Shown: in pieces, positions 1-8,118 of the stretch
Layout of the letters: each line of letters opens with the position of its first letter
Numbering within the stretch: the stretch's first letter is position 1
NCBI GenBank assembly: GCA_038245785.1
Contig: JBBRSB010000043.1
Location: 1 to 24,802 of the forward strand
DNA: 24,802 bases
Reading direction: 5' to 3'
Origin: Gloeobacterales cyanobacterium
GTDB taxonomy: Bacteria > Cyanobacteriota > Cyanobacteriia > Gloeobacterales > PMM-0068
Notes under the pieces: model-generated
Seen by the model: the letters and a program-made list of their open reading frames with translations, nothing else
The model's database searches: none
What the model was told of the DNA's origin: nothing
Position numbers and translations under genes: made by a program

Positions 1-31
1 CAGGCTGCTTGGGGGGTGGGGGCGCACTCAT
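1..31 (-). CDS. 5' end of a gene running off the window (MSAPPPPKQP...)
   Basis: ATG at 31-29 on the minus strand, open to the window edge, same direction as the operon to its right. Too short to identify. Confidence 0.3.
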   Translation of the reverse strand, partial: MSAPPPPKQP

Positions 32-127
32 TTCACCAGCTTTGGCCCTTGAAGGCGATATTTCTGGCAATTCTATATCAGCTTTTTTATCCTGAAACCC
101 CTCTCCTGGTTATATCTGGATATTTTT

Positions 128-442
128 TCAGGGACGACTAGCTAGGTACGGTTGGGCAGATTTTGACTGTTCCTTGATAGGGGCAAAGCAAAAGCCCATC
201 CCGTTGCTCAAAGCTCCCCGATTGTAGTACCCGGCGACCTGTGTAAAGGAGTCGCTATTGAAACACCAAACTTTGCCTTCCTCAACAAGACGACACTTTT
301 TAGTCTTGGCGCAAATAGGGCAAGGCTTTCTGTTGGTGCGGGTTTTGGTAGGGGAGAATGAAGTCAAATCATCTCCCCTACGACGTAGCTCTCGGCTCCG
401 CCTGCCGGACACAGGGACCGCCCTATATTGAGTTGTAAACAA
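128..442 (-). CDS. Small zinc-ribbon protein (CPIC..C..C), resembling the N-terminal Zn-binding domain of cyanobacterial plasmid primases, with a 15-aa in-frame repeat insertion
   Basis: KPCPICAKTKKCR...VWC Cys pattern. RAVPVSGRRSRELRR is encoded by the 45-nt nested repeat at 376-420, and removing it keeps the frame (MFTTQYRGDDLT...). Confidence 0.55.
   Translation of the reverse strand: MFTTQYRAVPVSGRRSRELRRRGDDLTSFSPTKTRTNRKPCPICAKTKKCRLVEEGKVWCFNSDSFTQVAGYYNRGALSNGMGFCFAPIKEQSKSAQPYLASRP
376..420. repeat. Nested short dispersed repeats: 21-mer (392-412) inside a 24-mer
   Basis: CCCTACGACGTAGCTC[TCGGCTCCGCCTGCCGGACAC]AGGGACCG. CCCTA recurs at 376 and 421, 45 nt apart. Both units recur elsewhere in the window. 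Confidence 0.85.
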
Positions 443-537
443 CTAGAAATTAAGAAGAAGTTAATTCTTCTGCTAGTTGTTTGAAGCTTGCATTTTTCAG
501 TGGAAAGTGTCACAATGTACCCATTAATAAAGATTTT

Positions 538-577
538 AAAAACCACTCCAGTCCGCCAAGACAAAGGGGTGGTTTTT
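538..577. terminator. Stem-loop with A/T tails, possible bidirectional terminator or regulatory hairpin
   Basis: AAAAACCACTCC ... GGGGTGGTTTTT, just downstream of the CobA-like gene. Confidence 0.45.
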
Positions 578-586
578 TTCTGTGTG

Positions 587-1156
587 CTACCTCTCCGTAG
601 TGCGTACTTCAGTCCATTGGTCTGCCACAGAAGAGATCCCTGCTGGCATCTGAGGACCTGTAACGACTACATCTACATAAGAAGGGCGTTCTTTGAGCAA
701 TTGGAGGACTTCTGCTTCTGGGATGAAACCGTAGTTAACGGCTAAACTCAGCTCGTCCAGGATGATTAGGCCATAGCGTCCTTCTTTGACCTGGCGCTGG
801 GTGTACTCCCAAATTTCTTGGATAGCCGCTTGTTCATGAGGTTCTACTTGGTTGGTATCGATATGCCGCTCGATAGCACAATGGACCCACTTGAAGTTTT
901 GGCCCATTTCCGTGGGATGAGTAGGTCCCTGATTAATTCCACCCTTGAGGAACTGAACAAGCAGAGTCGGCGTACCTTGGCTAGCTACCCGCATGGCCTG
1001 GGATACTACTGAGGTGTTAAACCCCCTTTGTTTTGCGGTGAAAACCTGGACCATGCCCTCTATTGCTGGCCGAAGGGGGTGGTCCCCGAGTTCAGCCTGA
1101 GCTGCGCCGAAGGGTCTTGTCGAAGGGATTTCTGGGAATGTTAGGGCGTTAACCAT
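587..1156 (-). CDS. Cob(I)alamin adenosyltransferase (CobA/BtuR)-like P-loop family protein, cyanobacterial variant with degenerate Walker A
   Basis: Motifs VQFLKGG, LIILDEL, L..RP..DVVVTG, VADQWTE. The GKGKT/S loop is replaced by AKQRGFNT. Confidence 0.8.
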   Translation of the reverse strand: MVNALTFPEIPSTRPFGAAQAELGDHPLRPAIEGMVQVFTAKQRGFNTSVVSQAMRVASQGTPTLLVQFLKGGINQGPTHPTEMGQNFKWVHCAIERHIDTNQVEPHEQAAIQEIWEYTQRQVKEGRYGLIILDELSLAVNYGFIPEAEVLQLLKERPSYVDVVVTGPQMPAGISSVADQWTEVRTTER

Positions 1157-1226
1157 GAACTGTCTCCTGAGAATTAATAGTTGAAAACGGCGTCCGATGA
1201 GTAAGGGGGAGGGTGATAAGAAGGGT

Positions 1227-2060
1227 TCATGAGGAAAGCTCCAAATGCAACTGCATGTGACTAAGCGCAGCGCTCAGCTTGGGCGAGAGCCATAAGCATT
1301 CGGTTGCAGACCCTCCGCCATTGGTTTGGGCTTGCCAGGTAATCTGTTTCCAACCTTCATAAAGCTGGCCATACAGCGCAGAAGGATACCCACAGACAAG
1401 AGCCATTCCCTGGATAGTCTGTAGCTGTGTAGCTAGTTCTCGATGTCCTGACTCATCCATCTCATGGAGATACTGGGAATCTGCCTGTTTTTGCTTGCGT
1501 GTTTCCAGCAAATACGGTGGGTCCAGGAAGACCAGCGTTTCTGGGGTGTCCATGCGCTTAATAACTTCCGTGGCTGGCGTACACTCAATCTGGACGTGGC
1601 GCAAACGCTCAGCAATGCCCCAAAGATGTTCTGTGCGGTTCCAGTCATCTGTGACCGATTTGCATCTCGACTGCGTGTGCATATAGCGCCAACCAGACTT
1701 TGCCTTTAACGCCCCGGACCCCCACCCTTGCCAAGAGCGGATATACAACCGACGCGCACACTCCAAAGGATCTGAGGTAACCTCGAAGGCCAGTTTCAGT
1801 TCCTTGCGGCTGTAGGGGGTAAGTTCGATTGCCTGAATCAATTCTTGGGGACAGTCGCGTAAAATCTTGAAGAACGTCATCACGTCGTCATTGAGATCGT
1901 TCAAGACTTCAAAGGGGCTGCGGACTTTTTGCAAGAGAATAGCTGCGGACCCGCCAAACGGCTCTACATAGGTGAGATGCGGTGGGAAATAGGGAATGAT
2001 CCGTGCGGCTGAACGCCATTTGGAACCGTGGTATCTGAGAGCAGGTGAGAGCTTTTTCAT
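1227..2060 (-). CDS. DNA N6-adenine methyltransferase (D12/Dam family), orphan
   Basis: RYHGSK, YVEPFGGSAA (SAM-binding motif I), EVLND and FLDPPY (motif IV). No cognate endonuclease nearby. Confidence 0.92.
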   Translation of the reverse strand: MKKLSPALRYHGSKWRSAARIIPYFPPHLTYVEPFGGSAAILLQKVRSPFEVLNDLNDDVMTFFKILRDCPQELIQAIELTPYSRKELKLAFEVTSDPLECARRLYIRSWQGWGSGALKAKSGWRYMHTQSRCKSVTDDWNRTEHLWGIAERLRHVQIECTPATEVIKRMDTPETLVFLDPPYLLETRKQKQADSQYLHEMDESGHRELATQLQTIQGMALVCGYPSALYGQLYEGWKQITWQAQTNGGGSATECLWLSPKLSAALSHMQLHLELSS

Positions 2061-2326
2061 CGGCTAGACCCCCCTTTTTTGAAAAAGAAGAGCGGCTCGT
2101 TAACCTTCCTAAATAGGCGCAAGTGCTGAATAGGGAACCATTGGGGCTTGAGCTTTTTGGCCTGCACCTGGGCCAAGCTCCCCTCAAACTGGATAATCGT
2201 CCAGACTGTGTTGAAGAGTGTTATGGAATAGCCCCGCGCCACGAGGAACACCTTGTCACCGATAGCCAGTTCCTCCCCAGCGACAGTGGTGATGTATGCA
2301 AGATTTGTATGGGTGTTTGAATTCAC
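2057..2326 (-). CDS. Small hypothetical protein with KOW/SH3-like signature
   Basis: LAIGDKVFLVARGYS, paralogous to LSVGDLICLLARQYS in 2496-2804. GTG start overlaps the upstream stop; ATGA overlap with the methylase gene. Confidence 0.7.
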   Translation of the reverse strand: MNSNTHTNLAYITTVAGEELAIGDKVFLVARGYSITLFNTVWTIIQFEGSLAQVQAKKLKPQWFPIQHLRLFRKVNEPLFFFKKGGSSR

Positions 2327-2496
2327 AGGCCACCTCCGCTAAACCCGTGTGAGACGAGGTGCATAAGCTGACGGCTGCGTTTGTCTAGCTTGGAAACTCT
2401 GGATTTCTTCTTCCCGAATTCCTTGGCTAAACCCCGACGTTCCGCAGATAAATCCTGGGCATCCTCAATCGTTTTCTCTAAGTCTTGATAGGTCAT
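2323..2496 (-). CDS. 57-aa basic hypothetical protein not in the ORF track (MTYQDLEKTIEDAQDLSAERRGLAKEFGKKK...GGGL)
   Basis: TAATG overlap with the upstream gene at 2496 and GTGA overlap with the downstream gene at 2323-2326. It fills the operon gap exactly. Confidence 0.7.
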   Translation of the reverse strand: MTYQDLEKTIEDAQDLSAERRGLAKEFGKKKSRVSKLDKRSRQLMHLVSHGFSGGGL

Positions 2497-2804
2497 TACT
2501 GCCCCTCCAAATACGGAGTAGGAGCGCCCTGATTTGCGTAGAGAGCGACATCCGTTAGAGGGAAGGTATAGATGAGGAGATTGATCAACCCTCGAATAGG
2601 CTGCACTTTCACTAACCCTCGTTCTGGGGTTAATGCCTCAACTCTCCAAACTTCATCCTGTTGTTTCCGAGAGTATTGCCGAGCTAACAGACAAATCAAA
2701 TCTCCGACAGACAAGGCTTTGCCGTAAGCGTCCAACACCTTTGGTTGTGGCGCGGCTAGAGGAACTACTGACAAGTGGCGCGTTTTGGGTAAGGGGTGGA
2801 TCAT
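2496..2804 (-). CDS. Small hypothetical protein with KOW/SH3-like signature
   Basis: Likely start is ATG 2804 (ATGA overlap with the upstream stop, preceded by a purine-rich RBS). Paralog of 2057-2326. Confidence 0.7.
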   Translation of the reverse strand: MIHPLPKTRHLSVVPLAAPQPKVLDAYGKALSVGDLICLLARQYSRKQQDEVWRVEALTPERGLVKVQPIRGLINLLIYTFPLTDVALYANQGAPTPYLEGQ

Positions 2805-3322
2805 CGTTTTGCCCCCTTCCACGTCGTTCCCTTCTTCGGAGAGATGTGCAAGTGGCTGTGGGGGATAACTACAGCAAATTTGCTGGGTAGAAGTTCATAG
2901 GGGTAGAAGCTTCGGAAGACTTCTTCTGAAAAAGTGATCTCTGCAAAGCCCTCTCGGCAAGGGCAATTCTGAGTCATTTTCAGAAAGCGTGTTCCTTCGG
3001 GAATCGTGTACTGCTTCCCCCCAGTGCGGAGTATGCCAGGGTCGTTAGCCCAGGTGGTGTAGGCAGTTTTGGTTTTCTTGGGATCTATCTGCTGTTTAGC
3101 AGGAGGCGAGACGGGGGCAGCTTCAGCACTGATCGCCTTTTCAGCCACAGCCAATGATTGGTCGATCTCCGTCTCTTTAGGCAGGGCAGAGCGGGTGGCC
3201 TCACCGATACTGATTGGTTTTTTAGCCGTAGCTGTGGTGGACGACCGCACACGTTTCTTTTTAGGAAGGCCATTTAGCTCTAGCTGCTTATCATTCAAAT
3301 ACTCCAAGACTTGAGTTTTCAT
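2801..3322 (-). CDS. Hypothetical protein (Lys/Ala/Pro-rich N-terminus)
   Basis: 173-aa ORF with ATGA overlaps at both ends. Confidence 0.7.
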   Translation of the reverse strand: MKTQVLEYLNDKQLELNGLPKKKRVRSSTTATAKKPISIGEATRSALPKETEIDQSLAVAEKAISAEAAPVSPPAKQQIDPKKTKTAYTTWANDPGILRTGGKQYTIPEGTRFLKMTQNCPCREGFAEITFSEEVFRSFYPYELLPSKFAVVIPHSHLHISPKKGTTWKGAKR

Positions 3323-3537
3323 CGGGATGCTCCAACGCTTGTGTTTAGGTATCCAGAGGGTGCAAAGTCCGTCTCAATGAGGCTTTCAGTCTGCATAAAG
3401 CTGTTGGCAGATTGAACAAAACGTTGAGCGCAGTCCCCACCCAGAACACCAAGGTAGTACTGTGGTACCCGTAAGTTAATACCTGCAGTGACCCTATTAG
3501 GGTCTTGTGGGATGGTTAAAGTACCGTTAGGGTACAT
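3319..3537 (-). CDS. 72-aa hypothetical protein, probable first gene of the leftward operon
   Basis: ATG at 3537 (MYPNGTL...), ATGA overlap at 3319-3322. The longer 234-aa version would overlap the HTH gene antisense. Confidence 0.55.
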   Translation of the reverse strand: MYPNGTLTIPQDPNRVTAGINLRVPQYYLGVLGGDCAQRFVQSANSFMQTESLIETDFAPSGYLNTSVGASR

Positions 3538-3576
3538 GCGATAATTCGGGGTGTACAAATGCCTTTCATGGCCTGC

Positions 3577-3867
3577 GTGAATAAAAAAATTCTTCAAGAT
3601 CGGCTTAAGGCATTGAATTGGACCCCTTACAGGTTGGCAAAGCAGTACGGCAGATTTCGTACTGGTGAACCTGAGGAAAATATTGACCCTAAGCGCTTTG
3701 ATAAAACCGTTAAGAAGATCTTGAATAACCCTGATGTCTCTAGCCTGACGACTCTTGAGGCTCTCGTTAAAGCGATGGATGGAAAACTGGTGATTATCTG
3801 GAATACCCGTGAAGAAGTGGTCACGGGGCAGAAAATGGTAGAACTTGATGAAACCGAAGAAGAATAA
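3577..3867 (+). CDS. XRE/Cro-like helix-turn-helix regulator
   Basis: LQDRLKALNWTPYRLAK...SSLTTLEALVKAMDGKLVI pattern. Divergent from the operon and followed by a hairpin. Start could be 3559, 3568 or 3577. Confidence 0.75.
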   Translation: MNKKILQDRLKALNWTPYRLAKQYGRFRTGEPEENIDPKRFDKTVKKILNNPDVSSLTTLEALVKAMDGKLVIIWNTREEVVTGQKMVELDETEEE

Positions 3868-3869
3868 AT

Positions 3870-3894
3870 AGTCGCTGAAGTCCATACAGCGACT
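3870..3894 (+). terminator. Hairpin after the HTH gene
   Basis: AGTCGCTG-N9-CAGCGACT, 2 nt after the stop codon; weak U-tract. Confidence 0.45.
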
Positions 3895-4111
3895 GTTAGT
3901 ACTAATTACAAATAGGTTTTTTTGCGCTAATCTGTTCATACGCTTCTCTATCGGTGTGTAAAACACCGCTTGGGTTACAAGCGTTTTTGAGGGGGAGTCG
4001 TAATGACTCCAGATTTGGTTCAAGACCCTGCCTGGCCGTTCTAGTGGAAAGCAGGGGATCTAAATTGAAAGCCGTTCTAGTGTCACCTAGGACGGTTTTC
4101 GCTTTCTGAGG

Positions 4112-4256
4112 ATTACAACCCTCACCAGCCCCATAAGCGTGTCCGGCAGGCGCAGCCGAGAAGCTCACGTAGGGCCGATGTGTTACCAATGACTCGATGC
4201 TTCCGCATGTGTTGTCAGAATTACAAACCTCACCTTTCTGAGAGAAACCTTAGCAC
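4112..4256 (-). CRISPR. Degenerate orphan mini-array A (2 repeats, 33-nt spacer, possible third remnant ending at 4086)
   Basis: Repeat ATTACAACCCTCACCAGCCCCA|TAGGGCCGATGTGTTAC (4112-4186, interrupted by 36 nt) and ATTACAAACCTCACCTTTCTGAGAGAAACCTTAGCAC (4220-4256, 37 nt). Spacer is 4187-4219. Same repeat family as 12171-12450. Confidence 0.5.
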
Positions 4257-4314
4257 TGATAAAACAATCGGACAATAGGCTCAATTCCCCTTCAGGGGAG
4301 ACTTTCAGACCCTT

Positions 4315-4456
4315 TATACGCGAGCTTTATAGGCAAAACTATACGCGAGCTTTATAGGTCAATCCCTGAAAAACCATCCTCATAGGGCTTTGAAATTTAG
4401 CTGTCAAAAAACTATACGCGAGCTTTATAGGCAAAACTATACGCGAGCTTTATAGG
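4315..4456. repeat. Four identical 19-bp direct repeats in two pairs (iteron-like; candidate origin or partition site)
   Basis: TATACGCGAGCTTTATAGG at 4315, 4340, 4413 and 4438 (spacing 25/73/25). Confidence 0.9.
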
Positions 4457-4585
4457 TCAGAGGATGTCGCTGGTAGTTGGACGCTATCCCAAGTGTGTTT
4501 TGTCTCTCCAAACACCACAGACAGAGAAATCCAGCAAGAATACAAATATATGAAATTTCTTACAGAGTAAAGTGAGGAGGCAAAA

Positions 4586-4790
4586 ATGAACCATCCCGAA
4601 GAACAACCCGTCTTTGAGCGCGGAACTGGGAATGTCTATACAGATCTCGGACTGGACGACGCTGACGAACTGTTTGCGCGGTCACAGCTAGGCTTTCAGG
4701 TTTGGAAAATTCTCAAGGAATCAGACTTGAAACAGCGAGAAATCGCAGCACTCTTGGGCATCAAACAGCCCGAAGTGTCCCATTTAATAG
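4586..4790 (+). pseudogene. Truncated XRE-family (HigA-like, HTH_37-type) antitoxin/regulator
   Basis: FERGTGNVYTDLGLDDADEL...LKQREIAALLGIKQPEVSHL with GAGGAGG RBS. After VSHL the frame runs antisense into the GNAT 3' end, so the normal C-terminus appears lost. Confidence 0.7.
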
Positions 4791-4802
4791 AGCCTGAAGA
4801 TG

Positions 4803-5744
4803 TCACCGCCAATCATCTAATACAAAAATACCTGGTCGATTGTAACCAGGCTCGTTTGGTTTATGCATTACTAAACCCGTGATTTCAGTGCGAAAACGAC
4901 GAGCAACCATTCTGGTATAGGCTTCATCACGGCTGGTATTCACTCCAGCAAGAAGACGCAACATTTTTTGAGTTGCCCCAAACGCTTCACACAGATCGAG
5001 CAACTGTTCAAACTGTTCCCCCGCTTGAGCTCCTGGGCGCACTGCTCCAAATTTGACGTAGCATACATCGCTACCTGCTTCGCTTCCTGCACCACAATGA
5101 CAAATAGCAAATCCTGCTAAGTCTGTTTCATCCTAAAGCAAAACAGTATCACCTAAATTCTGAGCATGAACTGCAGCAATCTCATGCGATAAATCTAGCC
5201 CTGCATAGATGGCATTTGTGAGTTCGGAACACTGCTTGAGACAATGCAATCGCTGCTCCGGATCGAATTCAGAGTATTTCGTTCCTGGCAAGTCCTGCTG
5301 AGCTGCCTGAATTGGTTTTGCCATGATGAAGGTTAGAAAACGTGGGTAGAACCCGAATTTCTGATAAAGTGCATGGTGCATTGGGCTATTCGGAAAGGTA
5401 AATAACCCGGTCTGTCGCGTCCCCCTTTGAGCAAATTGAGCAATCACAGGTTCAATGAGACGCTGAGCAATACCCTGCCCCCAAAAGTCAGGATGAACAC
5501 TGAGCGGTCCGAAAAAACCAACACTGCCCCACTGGGTGGCTATATTGGAACCAACCAGCTTTCCATCAGCCTCAGCTACGAATGCCGCTGTTGGATCAAC
5601 TTTCCATCGGGGTTGAATATAGTTTGCATCCCCACCAAAATCGGTGGGTTGAGGCAATCGAATAAAAGTGCCAAAGGCGAGTCGAAAGATATGGTCAGCC
5701 TCCGATAGCTCATTTTTTTGAAGGAGCCGAATAGAGATATCCAT
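4803..5744 (-). pseudogene. Two-domain GNAT acetyltransferase with one in-frame TAG (5133-5135)
   Basis: LSVHPDFWGQGIAQRL acetyl-CoA motif and LYQKFGF. The frame continues past the stop (LL*DETDLAGFAICHCG...) into ORF 4803-5042. Confidence 0.85.
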
Positions 5745-6050
5745 AGCGGCGAAACCTGCCAGAAATAGCGTCAGTTTAGCCATAAATATTTGCAAGCTTG
5801 GAGCAATGAATTTAATCTTTACTAGGAGTTAATAACCTCTCTTACGAGGGCTAAGAGGGAAGGTCACACTACTGTTTAGACTGAAATTCCTGCCTATTCA
5901 GTTTATTTTGATGATCAGGTAGATATTTTCAGCCTAGTCCTAGCATCAAAAGGCTACAATGAACAAACTTTTGTACGGTATAGCTATACCGTACTTTTGC
6001 TAGATTCATGCCACACTCCTCTGATACTCTTGCTCTAAGACGGAGAGAAG

Positions 6051-6413
6051 TCAATGATTGTCCAAAGCCTCTTGAACGGCTCTATGGATTTCATTGGTAT
6101 TTACGTCAACCTGGTCAGACTTTGCATAAATCAGGAGTAATAGGACACACTGAGGAGACAAAAGCTGATAGATGAGTCGATAACCGCCACTTTTTCCTGT
6201 AGGAATATCGCTATTTTTAGCGCGGGCCTTAAAAACGGTAAAATCAGACCCCTTTATCTGGTCTCCAATAAAATTGCCAACTTGAAGTTCAAAAAGAATG
6301 GGTTGCATATCTTTCTGAATTGATCGAAAACGTTTAGCTAAAGACTTAAGACGGCGTTTAAACGGAGCAGTAAAGCGAATTTCAACAGTCGAAAAATCAG
6401 ACACCAATGCCAT
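6051..6413 (-). CDS. RelE/ParE-superfamily type II toxin
   Basis: FKRRLKSLAKRFRSI..GDQI..VFKAR..GKSGGYRLIY..LLLIYAKSDQ. Overlaps the upstream small acidic gene; start may be GTG 6404. Confidence 0.88.
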   Translation of the reverse strand: MALVSDFSTVEIRFTAPFKRRLKSLAKRFRSIQKDMQPILFELQVGNFIGDQIKGSDFTVFKARAKNSDIPTGKSGGYRLIYQLLSPQCVLLLLIYAKSDQVDVNTNEIHRAVQEALDNH

Positions 6414-6651
6414 CCCATAAATCAGCCAGCGGGAAAGATTGCCCTGCTTGAGCTTGTCGAACCGAGTCTTTCAAATCCTGTAAAATTTGTTCTTTAGAGT
6501 CAATGTCAAAGTCAACATCTGATTCAATAGCGAGAGCCTCAAAAGAGTTCAATAAGGACTCCCAAACCTTAACAGGAACGAGAACGTCAGTTTTTTCACC
6601 CTGAGCATTGGTGACATACTTAACGAGCGCGCGAAAATTTTCGACAGTCAT
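6397..6651 (-). CDS. Cognate antitoxin
   Basis: 84-aa acidic protein (YVTNAQGEKTDVLVP..W; FPLADLWDGI) directly upstream of and overlapping the toxin. Confidence 0.8.
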   Translation of the reverse strand: MTVENFRALVKYVTNAQGEKTDVLVPVKVWESLLNSFEALAIESDVDFDIDSKEQILQDLKDSVRQAQAGQSFPLADLWDGIGV

Positions 6652-6815
6652 AGTTATGACCTTACTTTAGATACTCGAGTCTTAAACTTACTCGGAGGGA
6701 AGAAATACGGCAAGCCACTAAATGTAGTAGCTATTGCATGGATGCTCAACGGAAAAACCCTATTTATGATCCTGATATATTTTAACTCCCCCTTGCGGAA
6801 TTCCCTAGCCGCCAT

Positions 6816-7025
6816 CCTTCGACAAGCGTTCGACTGAGGCTTCGACAGTGAGCACGTGTGTCTGGCAGGCGTGGTCCCCGTGTCCGGCAGGCGCAGCCCA
6901 CAGCTGCGCTTACAGCCATGTCCGGCAGGCGAAGCCGAGAAGGCGAGAACCGCTCACGCCGCAGTCTTAAGAAACAAGCCCAAGCTATTAAGCACGGAAT
7001 GCCCTTCGTCGAAGCTCAGGGGCCT
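6816..7025. repeat. Cluster of multiply nested short dispersed repeats
   Basis: 21-mer copies at 6858-6871 (partial), 6880-6900 and 6918-6938 lie between the split halves CGTTCGACTGAG (6827) and CGCTCACGCCGCAGT (6951) of a 27-mer. An intact 24-mer CCCTTCGTCGAAGCTCAGGGGCCT is at 7002-7025. Confidence 0.85.
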
Positions 7026-7055
7026 CCTACCGAAGTAGTATATCTGGGGAATTTT

Positions 7056-7850
7056 TTATGAGTTCTCTGGATTCGAGTTTGCTTGAGCTACGGCCTCGAT
7101 TTCTTCTAGGGGAAGATGGAGTGCTTGGGCTATCTGTTCTAAGCTGAGTCCGAGTTTGAGTAATTCAGGGACGGTTTCCAGCTTGCCTTTTACCGAACCT
7201 TTGCTCTCTATCGACTTATAAAGCCTAGACTGCTCAAACTCACTTTCTGTTATCGTCAGCATCGCTTCTATCTCCTCGTCGCTCATACTAGAGAACTTGT
7301 AGGAAACCACCGTCTCTATGAGTTCTATCATATCCCTTCGGAGCGGTTCCCTTGGCTCAGACCGTGCTTGCTCCAGCAGTCGTCTTGCTTTTTCTGCTGC
7401 TGTGATTTCTGGTTCTACAACCAGTTTGAGGATACCCAGGCTCATGGGCGTTCCTTCCTCATTCACTTCATCCAAATAAATCCGCTCAACTTGATTACAG
7501 TTCAGCAGAACTCGATAGTTCGATGAATTATCGGGCTCTACATTTCTACTGGAGAAAATGACTACAGCACGCCAATCATTGGGCTCTGGGTACTGTCTCA
7601 AATACAGAAAAATCTCAGAAAAGAACCGAGCATAAAATTGGGGATCTTCTTGGAACTGCACTTCTGCAAAATAAACGGACTGGGCAGGACGACTCGGCAG
7701 AAATATGCCATCGATCCGAAAGGCAGTCTGTTTGATTTCCACGGACCGAAATTGATAGCCCTCTGCTTGTTCTGGAGACTGACCAATAAGGGAGAAGAAA
7801 CTCTCTGAGAGGGTCTGGAAGATTCGGTAGAAGAGGCTATCTGTTTTCAC
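7056..7850 (-). CDS. Rpn-family recombination-promoting nuclease / putative transposase (DUF2887 type)
   Basis: MKTDSLFYRIFQ, YQFRSVEIKQTAFRIDGIF, YFAEVQFQ (PD-(D/E)XK-like), and C-terminal LLKLGLSLEQIAQAL. Confidence 0.92.
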   Translation of the reverse strand: MKTDSLFYRIFQTLSESFFSLIGQSPEQAEGYQFRSVEIKQTAFRIDGIFLPSRPAQSVYFAEVQFQEDPQFYARFFSEIFLYLRQYPEPNDWRAVVIFSSRNVEPDNSSNYRVLLNCNQVERIYLDEVNEEGTPMSLGILKLVVEPEITAAEKARRLLEQARSEPREPLRRDMIELIETVVSYKFSSMSDEEIEAMLTITESEFEQSRLYKSIESKGSVKGKLETVPELLKLGLSLEQIAQALHLPLEEIEAVAQANSNPENS

Positions 7851-8118
7851 AGCGCTTAGTTTAGCGCAGACTGGCTGTCGACATCTCCAGGATCTATTGC
7901 TCTCTTCCCGTCAGGGTGCGCTACGCGCAATGCTTCGGTATAGCTCAGCAACAAGAGCTGGCTTTTCTTGCCAAACACGCCAATAAAGCAGGGCTTCTGC
8001 GCATTAAGCTAAAGATAGGGAAGCTGATGTCTCACTGCTCCCAAGCGGAGTAGCTCCGTTTCGTTATCAAGAATCCCTTGAAATTTGCTAGAATCCTCCT
8101 GCCCTTAAGGGAAAAAAC

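Noticed and set aside
3538..4023. N-terminal 160 aa of ORF 3319..4023 and ORF 3902..4189
   Set aside because: They are antisense to the HTH gene or run through hairpins and repeats. Only 3319-3537 fits the operon coupling.
4315..4456. 19-bp repeats as a CRISPR array
   Set aside because: Gaps are 6/54/6 nt and the 6-nt gaps are identical, so there is no spacer pattern.
6856..7061. Two 60-67 aa ORFs (VSGRRS... peptides)
   Set aside because: They are translations of nested short repeats; the same peptide appears wherever the 21-mer occurs.
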